This document shows, piece by piece, positions 45,201 to 53,163 of a DNA stretch of 54,971 bases. The notes under the pieces were generated by a model. The model was given only the letters and a program-made list of their open reading frames with translations, was not told the origin of the DNA and searched no databases. The DNA is from Candidatus Daviesbacteria bacterium (GTDB lineage: Bacteria > Patescibacteriota > Microgenomatia > Daviesbacterales > UBA10151), in NCBI GenBank assembly GCA_028715175.1, contig JAQUSJ010000003.1, positions 1 through 54,971 on the forward strand, written 5' to 3'. The position numbers were made by a program, and so were the translations under genes. The first letter of the stretch is position 1; every line of letters starts with the position of its first letter.

Positions 45201-45489
45201 TTTAAGCAAGCATGCTATTAAAAATATCCGGGTCTATAAAATTTCGGAAAGAAAAACGCCTTCTGTTTTAGACCTTCTTAAAGACGGTAAGATCGATCTG
45301 GTGATAAATATATCTGAATCAAGATCAAACCAGGGCGAAACTGCAGGATATCTTATCAGAAGAAACTGTGTGGATTTGGGGATTCCCTTGATAACCAATG
45401 TGCAGGCAGCAGAACTCTTGGTTTCTGCTCTTTCTTCTAAAAAAATGGAAGATTTGGAAATTAAAAGTTGGGATGAATATGTTGGGTAA
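42208..45489 (+). CDS. carB: Carbamoyl-phosphate synthase large subunit
   Basis: 1093 aa with duplicated ATP-grasp halves, an N-terminus [24 protein letters not shown], and an MGS-like C-terminus. Confidence 0.95.
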   Translation: [1093 protein letters not shown]

Positions 45490-45523
45490 TTAGATTTTTT
45501 GCGGGAAAAATGCGATAATCAAA

Positions 45524-45609
45524 ATAGCTATCAGTCATCAGTCATCAGTCTTCAGCTATCAGACTTAAAATTAAAGTCTGACGACTGAAAGCTGACAGCT
45601 GATAGCTAT
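45524..45609. repeat. Prototype heptamer-palindrome element (intergenic copy)
   Basis: ATAGCTATCAGTCATCAGTCATCAGTCTTCAGCTATCAGACT, then loop TAAAATTAA, then AGTCTGACGACTGAAAGCTGACAGCTGATAGCTAT. The arms are built from CAGCTAT/CAGTCRT 7-mers. Confidence 0.85.
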
Positions 45610-45613
45610 AATC

Positions 45614-46702
45614 ATGTTTATCCCTAAGTATACAATTACAAATAAAATACTGAAGGATATCGGCGTAGTTGAGGCCAGCCGTGAGATTATAATGAATGCC
45701 CCTTTAGTTCCGGCCTGGGAGGCAAAGTTTAGAAAAGAGGCGGTGGAAAGGACAATTCATCATGGCACTCATTTGGAAGGAAATCAGTTATCCCCGGAGG
45801 AAGTTAGAGATGTTCTTGAAGGAGAAGAGGTTGTAGCAAGAGATAGAGATGTACAGGAGGTTATTAATTACAGAAATGTCTTAAAATTTATTGACGGAAT
45901 TTATATCCAGATTGGTCCGCCAGCTGGTGGGTTAGGCAGCTACAATTTCACTATTGAAACAATACTGGAAATGCATAAACTTACCACCGAGAAAATTTTA
46001 CCTCCAGAAACTTCGGGGCAATTTAGAATCAGGCAGGTGATTGTTAAAAATACCAAAACAGGGCAAATTTCCTATACTCCGCCTCCGGCTCCCGAAGTAC
46101 CATATCTGGTGGAAGATTTAGTTAACTGGATCAATTCGGACGAGGGGAAGGCAATTCATCCGATTATCAAAGCCGGAATCATCCATTATGAGCTGGCCAG
46201 GATTCACCCGTTTGTAGACGGGAATGGCAGGGTAGCCAGAGCTGTTGCCACCCTCATTTTATTTTTAGATGGTTATGATATCAGGAAGTTCTTCTCTTTT
46301 GAAGAATATTTTGATGAGAGCCCAATGCAGTACTACTTAACGCTGCAAGCTGTATCAAACCAGCTCGTACTAGATACTCATGAGCGGGATTTGACTCCAT
46401 GGCTGGAGTATTTTACCGAAGGAGTAGCGATAGAACTCAATCAGGTTAAAGAAAAAGTACAACGGATTTCCGTGGATGCCAGGATTAAGGATAAACTGGG
46501 GGAGCAGTTGATGTTAAATGAGCGGCAAATGATGATTATGGAGTATATTCACCGGCATAAGGGTTTGTCCAATAAAGATTTTAGAAAAATTTTTCCGGAC
46601 TTTTCAGATGATACGGTCTTGCGGGAACTTAAATTCCTGCGGCAAAAGGGTTTGGTTAAAAAATCTGGCGGTACCAAAAAAGCTATGTATGTTTTAAAGT
46701 AA
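45614..46702 (+). CDS. Fic family protein with a C-terminal winged-helix domain
   Basis: The Fic motif is HPFVDGNGRVARA. There is a C-terminal HTH-like segment. Confidence 0.85.
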   Translation: MFIPKYTITNKILKDIGVVEASREIIMNAPLVPAWEAKFRKEAVERTIHHGTHLEGNQLSPEEVRDVLEGEEVVARDRDVQEVINYRNVLKFIDGIYIQIGPPAGGLGSYNFTIETILEMHKLTTEKILPPETSGQFRIRQVIVKNTKTGQISYTPPPAPEVPYLVEDLVNWINSDEGKAIHPIIKAGIIHYELARIHPFVDGNGRVARAVATLILFLDGYDIRKFFSFEEYFDESPMQYYLTLQAVSNQLVLDTHERDLTPWLEYFTEGVAIELNQVKEKVQRISVDARIKDKLGEQLMLNERQMMIMEYIHRHKGLSNKDFRKIFPDFSDDTVLRELKFLRQKGLVKKSGGTKKAMYVLK

Positions 46703-47452
46703 AGTAATCCTTCCTTGGATTTCTTTCGAAAGATCATCAACTGGTATACCTAGGCCAATTCCGACTATTTGGTCCTTACCAAACTCCTTAGCTGCCTTTT
46801 GACCCTTATCTGCTCTTTCAAATAAAGATTGAGCATTATCACCTTCCATAAACCTAGTCACACCTATTGAAGCTGTTAGAGTTGCAAAGTCTGGTGCTGC
46901 GGAGGGGATTATGTTTAAGACTCTGAAAGCAACTGCAAGAGCTTCTTCGCTAGTAGTATCCGGTAAGACAATGCCGAATTCATCTCCTCCCCAATGAGCT
47001 CCAATATCATTCATTCTGATACTTTCCTTAATTCTTCTGCCCATTACTGCTATAGTTCTATCTCCTTCTAAATGACCGCATGTATCATTAATCAGTTTAA
47101 ACCCGTCTGCATCTAATACGATGAGAGACAAAGGAGCGTTGTTTCTCCTAGCTCTCTCGATCTCGCGTCCTAGCTGGTCATCAAATCCTCTCTTGTTATA
47201 TAATCCCTCAATAAGAGGATCTAAGCCCATAGCCTCTATAATTTGTAGAGCAGATCTATACTTGGCTTCGTCAAGCTTTCTTGGGTCCACCTGAGGACGG
47301 AATTGTTCAAAAAGCTGTCCATTCGCTGTAATGATTCTTGCAACAACAGAATTTTCTTTTAGAAGTTCTTGTATCTCAGGATTACTTAAATCTAGTCCTT
47401 CATTATTTTGATCATCGATTCTATTGCCATCTTCTGTTTGAGATTCTGTCAT
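46694..47452 (-). CDS. Diguanylate cyclase (GGDEF domain) with a short unknown N-terminus
   Basis: The active site reads HWGGDEFGIVL. An RMND (RxxD I-site) lies 5 residues upstream, and DADGFKLIND is present. Confidence 0.85.
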   Translation of the reverse strand: MTESQTEDGNRIDDQNNEGLDLSNPEIQELLKENSVVARIITANGQLFEQFRPQVDPRKLDEAKYRSALQIIEAMGLDPLIEGLYNKRGFDDQLGREIERARRNNAPLSLIVLDADGFKLINDTCGHLEGDRTIAVMGRRIKESIRMNDIGAHWGGDEFGIVLPDTTSEEALAVAFRVLNIIPSAAPDFATLTASIGVTRFMEGDNAQSLFERADKGQKAAKEFGKDQIVGIGLGIPVDDLSKEIQGRITLL

Positions 47453-47595
47453 ATCTTCTTTAGAATAACTTAAGGAGAGTGTATTTTACAATATCTCCCC
47501 AATCTATTACAATCTTGAGGAGTAACTAGTACAGTAAATGTAACAAGGCAAAAGAATTAAAATAGCTTGTTACTTGTCACCAGTTACTTGTTACT

Positions 47596-49365
47596 ATGCT
47601 ATTTTCTAAATTAGCGGAATACTTTGAAAAATTGGAACAAACTTCTTCCAGACTTACTTTAATTGATATTCTCTGTGATTTATTTAAAGAAGTAAAAGCA
47701 GAGGAGGTTAGTAAAGTTTGCTATTTAATCCAGGGTCGAGTGGCTCCTTTTTATGAACCGATAGAGATCGGCATGGCAGAGCGTACAGTTGCTGCCAGCA
47801 TAGCCCGGGCATATGGAGTGAAGCGGGAAGACGTTCTTGAGGAATATGGTAAGGTTGGTGATTTAGGGTTGGTGGCAGAGCAGATGACCATTTGTCATTC
47901 TGGTAAGCGAAGCGCATCCATAATCGATTCTGGACAAGCCAGAATGACAGTTGCAGAGGTTTTTAAGACATTAAAAGAAATTGCTCAAATTTCAGGGGTT
48001 GGGACTGTGGAGAAAAAACAAGGTCTGTTGGTAGGTCTTTTGCAAAAAGTAGATTCTGTTTCAGCTAAACATCTGGTCAGAATTCCCCTCGGGGTATCAA
48101 GACTCGGGATTGGGGACCCGACAATTTTGGATGCTTTTGCCAAATTAAAATTGGGGGATAGATCCAAACGTAAACTTTTGGAAGGGGCATATAACCGGGT
48201 TTCTGATTTAGGTTTGATTGGGGAAACTTTATGGAAAGGTGGACTTGTCGCGGTTGAAAAACTGCAAGTCCGGGTGGGAAGACCAATACGGTCCCAGCTT
48301 GCAGAAAGGTTGCCAAACCCGGAAAAAGTCATAGAAAAAATGGGCGAGGTGAATGTACAAAGAAAGCTGGACGGATTCCGTGTTCAAATCCACAAAGATG
48401 GAGAAGCAGTCAGGCTTTTTTCGCGGAATTTGGAGGAAACAACAGCAATGTTTCCGGAGATTGTAGAAGGGACTACGGTGCAGATTAAAGCCAAAACTGC
48501 AATCTTAGACTGTGAGGCAATTGGTTTTAACCCTTTGTCTGATGAATTTTTGCCTTTTCAGGAAACTACCCAAAGACGTAGAAAATACGGCATTTCTGAA
48601 ATGGCAAAAAAGATCCCCCTGAAAGCTTTTTGTTTTGATATTTTGTATAAAAATAACAAATCTCTGATTAATTTACCTCTTCACGAAAGACTAAAAGAGC
48701 TGGAAAGTATTGCCAAACAGGACGACACGATTATTATTGAAAAGGGCGAAACTGTAAAAGACGGAAAAAAACTGCAAATACTTTTGGATGATGCTATTTC
48801 CAAAGGTTTGGAAGGGGTTGTTTGCAAAAGACTGGATTCAAAATATGAGGCAGGGGCCAGAAATTTTAACTGGGTTAAACTGAAGAGACATTCTGCAGGG
48901 GAGCTAGAGGATACCATTGACTGCGTGATTTTAGGTTACATTTTTGGCAAGGGAAAAAGATCCGGGTTCGGGGCCGGGTCTTTGCTTGTGGGTGTTTACG
49001 ATGAGTCGCAAGATGAATTTGTGACAGTTTCCAAAATTGGCACCGGTTTAACAGATGAGGAATGGAGAGAAATACACAAAAGAGCGGATAAAATTAAGGT
49101 TTTGCACAAACCTGCCAGGGTGAATTCTCTTTTGACCCCCAGTGTTTGGATTGAACCCTCGATTGTGATTGAAGTTTTGGCAGATGAGATTACCCGTTCT
49201 CCTGTACATACTGCCGGAAAAAAGGGTCCGCCAGCTGGCGGAGAACCTGGCTATGCCCTAAGATTTCCCCGGCTGGTGAAATTCCGCGAAGCTGACAAAA
49301 AAGCAGAGGATGCCACAACAGTGAAAGAGTTGATTGAGATGTATAAACAGCAGTTTAAAAAGTAA
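47596..49365 (+). CDS. lig: ATP-dependent DNA ligase (three-domain, archaeal/eukaryotic Lig1-like)
   Basis: Motif I is KLDGFRVQIH, with the adenylated Lys. Also present are EGVVCK, NWVKLK, and an OB domain with LRFPRLVKFR. Confidence 0.9.
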   Translation: MLFSKLAEYFEKLEQTSSRLTLIDILCDLFKEVKAEEVSKVCYLIQGRVAPFYEPIEIGMAERTVAASIARAYGVKREDVLEEYGKVGDLGLVAEQMTICHSGKRSASIIDSGQARMTVAEVFKTLKEIAQISGVGTVEKKQGLLVGLLQKVDSVSAKHLVRIPLGVSRLGIGDPTILDAFAKLKLGDRSKRKLLEGAYNRVSDLGLIGETLWKGGLVAVEKLQVRVGRPIRSQLAERLPNPEKVIEKMGEVNVQRKLDGFRVQIHKDGEAVRLFSRNLEETTAMFPEIVEGTTVQIKAKTAILDCEAIGFNPLSDEFLPFQETTQRRRKYGISEMAKKIPLKAFCFDILYKNNKSLINLPLHERLKELESIAKQDDTIIIEKGETVKDGKKLQILLDDAISKGLEGVVCKRLDSKYEAGARNFNWVKLKRHSAGELEDTIDCVILGYIFGKGKRSGFGAGSLLVGVYDESQDEFVTVSKIGTGLTDEEWREIHKRADKIKVLHKPARVNSLLTPSVWIEPSIVIEVLADEITRSPVHTAGKKGPPAGGEPGYALRFPRLVKFREADKKAEDATTVKELIEMYKQQFKK

Positions 49366-49382
49366 TGTGGTAAAATCCCACT

Positions 49383-50672
49383 ATGGCTTATGTAGCTGAT
49401 TTGCATCTTCACTCCAGATTCTCAAGGGCTTGCTCCCAGAAGTTAAATATACCTACTTTGTCTGCATGGGGGAAGACAAAAGGTATTAATGTTTTAGGTA
49501 CTTCTGATTTTTTGCATCCTGTCTGGTTTATCGAACTTAAAAACCAACTTAAAGAAGACGGTTCAGGTTTTTTAATTCATGACGGTTCGGAAACAAAATT
49601 TGTTTTATCTGTTGAGGTGGCCTCAATTTATTCTCATAAAGGTAAAGGTAGGAGAATACATAATGTTATTTTGTTGCCTGATTTTGCATCCGCAGAGAGA
49701 TTTCAAAAAGAGCTGCTATCACGCCATGCAAATTTGGGTTCTGATGGCAGGCCGATTGTGGGGATTTCCTCAAAAGATCTTTTAAGTATAGTTTTACAGA
49801 TTTCCGAAAAAGCCATTTTTATCCCGGCCCATGCCTGGACGCCCTGGTTTGGGATTTTTGGTTCAGAGTCTGGTTATGACTCTTTGGAAGAATGCTTTGA
49901 GGATTTAACAGAGTATATTTATGGAATAGAAACAGGGCTATCTTCTGATCCGGCCATGAACTGGCGGATAAAAGAACTTGATAACCGGTCAATAATTTCC
50001 TGTTCCGATGCCCACTCACTGCCTAATTTAGGCAGGGAAGCAACGGTATTTGATGAAAGATTGGAACAGGGATATCAAGGGTTATTTGAGGCTATAAAAA
50101 ATCAGAAAATTGCCGGTACTATTGAATTTCATCCGGAAGAGGGGAAGTATCATTACACGGGGCATCGCAATTGTAATATAAAATATTCACCCGAAGAAAC
50201 AAAGGTAAAAGGCGCAATTTGTCCAAAGTGCGGTCGGGGATTAACTGTCGGAGTAATGGAGAGGGTGGAGAAGTTAGCTTTGCGATCGAATGAAGAATTG
50301 AGAATTGATAATGTAAAAGGAATAATAAAAAGCAAAGCGTTTCCGGAAAAAGCAGGATATAGGATGCTGGTGCCTCTTTTACAAATAATTGCAGAAAGTT
50401 TTAATACTGCTCCAACAACCCAAAAGGTCTTAAACGAGTATGAAAAGTTAACAGATTTATTGGGAGGAGAGATTAAGATTTTGACTAAAGTTGACACAGG
50501 GGAAATTGCCAAAGTGTCCGGTTCGAAAATTGCAGAAGGGGTGGATAAAGTAAGGCGCGGGGATTTGGTAATTGATCCTGGGTATGATGGGGTGTATGGG
50601 GTGGTGAAGATTTGGGGTAGTGAAGCTGGACCGAAAGAGGAAGAGACTCCGCAGTTGGAGTTGTTTGATTAA
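49383..50672 (+). CDS. Endonuclease Q-like PHP-domain nuclease (TIGR00375 family)
   Basis: ADLHLHSRFSRA, GTSDFLHPVW, GRP, PAHAWTPW, GLSSD, SCSDAHSLPNLGRE, GKYHYTGH, the zinc ribbon CPKCGRGLTVGVMERV, and C-terminal PGYDGVYG. These are colinear with the remembered Pyrococcus EndoQ sequence. Confidence 0.75.
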   Translation: MAYVADLHLHSRFSRACSQKLNIPTLSAWGKTKGINVLGTSDFLHPVWFIELKNQLKEDGSGFLIHDGSETKFVLSVEVASIYSHKGKGRRIHNVILLPDFASAERFQKELLSRHANLGSDGRPIVGISSKDLLSIVLQISEKAIFIPAHAWTPWFGIFGSESGYDSLEECFEDLTEYIYGIETGLSSDPAMNWRIKELDNRSIISCSDAHSLPNLGREATVFDERLEQGYQGLFEAIKNQKIAGTIEFHPEEGKYHYTGHRNCNIKYSPEETKVKGAICPKCGRGLTVGVMERVEKLALRSNEELRIDNVKGIIKSKAFPEKAGYRMLVPLLQIIAESFNTAPTTQKVLNEYEKLTDLLGGEIKILTKVDTGEIAKVSGSKIAEGVDKVRRGDLVIDPGYDGVYGVVKIWGSEAGPKEEETPQLELFD

Positions 50673-50682
50673 AGAGTTGGTT

Positions 50683-50783
50683 CGCTCGGGGTCCTGCCGG
50701 CTCGATATCCCGCCGTGCATCCTCGCTCGACTATGCTCGCTGCGGCTACGCGTCGGGATGCCCTTCTCGCCGTCACCCCTCGC
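50683..50783. repeat. GC-rich hairpin element, intergenic copy (coding copy in polA at 22017-22110)
   Basis: About 90% identical to 22017-22110, with one 7-nt indel. Internal pairings include ATCCCG/CGGGAT and GCATCC/GGATGC. Confidence 0.8.
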
Positions 50784-50806
50784 TTATTTTGTTCGTTTTA
50801 ATTGAA

Positions 50807-51430
50807 ATGAAGATTTTTAAAGATAGACAATCTGCTGGAAAATTATTGACTGAGAGGCTAAAAAACATCAAGGCTGATCTGGTTTTAGGTATCCCGAGAG
50901 GCGGGGTGGTAGTGGCGGCAGAAGTGGCCAGACAATTAAATCTGCCATTGGATATCATAGTTACCAGGAAAATTGGCGCTCCAAACCAGGAAGAATTGGC
51001 TCTGGGGGCTGTGGATCCGGACGGAGAAGTAGTATGGGATCAGGAACTTTTGGATGAACTTAAAATAAAACCTGAAGATTTAAAACAAAAGATTGGTACA
51101 GAGATAAAAGAATTAAAAAGAAGGGAAAAACTATATAGACAAGGCAGATCGTCTCTTGATATCTCCGGGAAAACAGTCATTTTAACAGATGATGGCATGG
51201 CTACCGGCTCCACTACTCTTGCTGCTGTTAAATACCTAAAAAGGCATGAGGTAAAGGTAATATTGGCTGTGCCAGTGGCAAGCCAGGAGGCTTTGGATAA
51301 AGTGGAAAATGAGGTTGGAAAGCTGGTAGTATTGGAGATTCCTGAATATTTCCAGGCCGTAGGCCAATTTTACCAGCAGTTCCTACCTGTTTCAGATGAA
51401 GAAGTGATACAATTAATGCTTAGAAGTTAG
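50807..51430 (+). CDS. Phosphoribosyltransferase family protein
   Basis: The PRPP-binding loop is VILTDDGMATGST. The start was chosen at MKIFKDR. Confidence 0.8.
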   Translation: MKIFKDRQSAGKLLTERLKNIKADLVLGIPRGGVVVAAEVARQLNLPLDIIVTRKIGAPNQEELALGAVDPDGEVVWDQELLDELKIKPEDLKQKIGTEIKELKRREKLYRQGRSSLDISGKTVILTDDGMATGSTTLAAVKYLKRHEVKVILAVPVASQEALDKVENEVGKLVVLEIPEYFQAVGQFYQQFLPVSDEEVIQLMLRS

Positions 51431-51570
51431 CTCGTCAGCGCGCAAAAAATCGCTCGCACGCTAGTATCGTTGCTCGCTTGTGAGGATTTTGTGGTAGCCA
51501 GATTCAATATCATTTGGTTCTATCTGCACAAAATCCTCAACATTTTTTGACTGCTGCTGACTTCGCTATC
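51431..51570 (+). repeat. Structured intergenic repeat, copy 2
   Basis: Has the same terminal blocks as 13148-13289. The stem pairs 51480-51493 with 51527-51539 and carries compensatory changes. Confidence 0.7.
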
Positions 51571-51577
51571 TTTACCG

Positions 51578-52159
51578 ATGAAACTTATTGTGGGTTTAGG
51601 AAATCCGGAAAGTAGATATGCGGGAACCAGGCATAATTTGGGGTTTGCCGTGGTCGATGAGTTCGCACGGAAATGTATAATTGATAATGTACAATTTACA
51701 ATTGATCAGAAATTTAAATCAGAAATTATTAAACTTCAGGAGTTAATTTTAGTTAAACCTCAGACCTACGTGAACAATTCAGGTATGGCTGTCAAACTCC
51801 TAACTACATACTACAAACTACCAACTACCAGTTTGATTGTGATTCATGACGAGTTGGATCTGCCTTTGGGAAAGATTAAAGTAAGAATGGGTGGAGCAGC
51901 AGCAGGCCATCATGGGGTGGAGTCAGTGATCAAAGCTTTAGGAACAGATCAGTTTATCCGGGTGAGATTAGGGATTGGGAATTTAAGAACTCAAAGCGGG
52001 GAGCATAAAGGTCAAAGCTTGTCTGCCGAAAAATTTGTCCTGGAGCCATTTATGCCTAAAGAAAAAACTTTAGTTAAACATATGATCAGGCAGGCCATAA
52101 AAGCTTTGGATTTGCTTTTGGAAAAAGGTCTGGAATCAGCCCAGAATCAGTTTAATTAA
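51578..52159 (+). CDS. pth: Peptidyl-tRNA hydrolase
   Basis: LIVGLGNPESRYAGTRHNLGF and VIHDELDLPLG. Confidence 0.95.
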   Translation: MKLIVGLGNPESRYAGTRHNLGFAVVDEFARKCIIDNVQFTIDQKFKSEIIKLQELILVKPQTYVNNSGMAVKLLTTYYKLPTTSLIVIHDELDLPLGKIKVRMGGAAAGHHGVESVIKALGTDQFIRVRLGIGNLRTQSGEHKGQSLSAEKFVLEPFMPKEKTLVKHMIRQAIKALDLLLEKGLESAQNQFN

Positions 52160-52162
52160 TAA

Positions 52163-52306
52163 GCGGCTCGTTCGTGTACAAAAAACCGCTCGCGCAACCA
52201 AATCGCTCGCTTGATGTTTGTTTCGCGCCATGCAAACATCTGAATCATGAAGTAGGTAAATGTGCTCAACTACACAACATTTTTTGTTTACACTGAACTT
52301 CGCCGC
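52163..52306 (+). repeat. Structured intergenic repeat, copy 3
   Basis: GTACAAAAAACCGCTCGCGC...CGCTCGCTTG at the 5' end and CAACATTTTTTGTTTACACTGAACTTCGCCGC at the 3' end. The internal hairpin differs: 52213-52220 pairs with 52233-52240. Confidence 0.65.
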
Positions 52307-52353
52307 TTTTTGTTCTTGACAGAAAGTAGGTTTCTCTTTAGACTAAGGTATTC

Positions 52354-53163
52354 ATGGATAGCAAGAACACTTTTTTAACAACCCCGAAGGCAGTAATTAT
52401 TGGCTCTATTGTAATCTCTGTTGCCATTCTTATAGCAGGAGGCATTATAAAAATAGGTCCAAAAAATGCTGGGACTGCCGCAAATACCCCTGTTCCTACT
52501 GCTTCACCTGCTGCCAGACCCCAACAACCCACAGTTACCTTGGATGCTGTTAAAAAAGCCTTTTCTGAAAGCCAGATCAAATTTGGTGATACCAACAAAA
52601 AACTTATTATACTGGAAATTTCCGATCCTTCTTGCCCTTATTGTTCAATTGCTACCGGTAAAAATCCGGAGCTTAATAAAGAAGCCGGTTCCCGCTTTAC
52701 TTTGGTGGCAGACGGGGGAACATATGTTGCACCTGTTTCGGAAATAGAAAAACTGGTCAAAAATGGTTCTGCTTCTTTTGCCTGGATTTATACTCCAGGT
52801 CATGGCAACGGGGAAATGGGTACTAAAGCATTGTACTGTGCATTCGAACAAGGTAAATTCTGGGAAGCCCATGATTTACTCATGAGTTCAAAAGGATATG
52901 ATTTGCTGAATAACACAGTCAAGAATGATAAAAGCAAATCCGCAGATGTGGCAAATCTTTTATCATCTGCTGTCAATTCTGCCACTTTAAAATCCTGTTT
53001 GGATTCAGGTAAATATGATGGTAGATTACAAACTGATGTAGGGCTTGCACAAGGATTGGGAATAACCGGGACTCCGGCATTTTTCCTCAATGCCACCCCG
53101 TTTACCGGCGCTTATTCTTATAAAGATATGGAATCTGCAGTTAAAACCGCACTGGGTCAGTAA
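52354..53163 (+). CDS. Membrane-anchored thioredoxin-fold thiol:disulfide oxidoreductase (DsbA-like)
   Basis: An N-terminal TM segment, the CxxC motif SDPSCPYCS, and GITGTPAFF (cis-Pro loop). Confidence 0.75.
   Translation: MDSKNTFLTTPKAVIIGSIVISVAILIAGGIIKIGPKNAGTAANTPVPTASPAARPQQPTVTLDAVKKAFSESQIKFGDTNKKLIILEISDPSCPYCSIATGKNPELNKEAGSRFTLVADGGTYVAPVSEIEKLVKNGSASFAWIYTPGHGNGEMGTKALYCAFEQGKFWEAHDLLMSSKGYDLLNNTVKNDKSKSADVANLLSSAVNSATLKSCLDSGKYDGRLQTDVGLAQGLGITGTPAFFLNATPFTGAYSYKDMESAVKTALGQ

Noticed and set aside
45524-45609. Whether the tandem CAGCTAT/CAGTCGT repeats, here and in polA, mutM and GT4, form a CRISPR array.
   Set aside because: The period is 7 nt with no spacers. The two arms are mutually complementary, so this is a single hairpin. 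No cas genes are present in the window.
45606-45611. TATAAT immediately upstream of the fic ATG as its -10 box.
   Set aside because: It ends only 2 nt before the ATG, so transcription would start inside the coding sequence. It is part of the palindromic element arm (GATAGCTATAAT).
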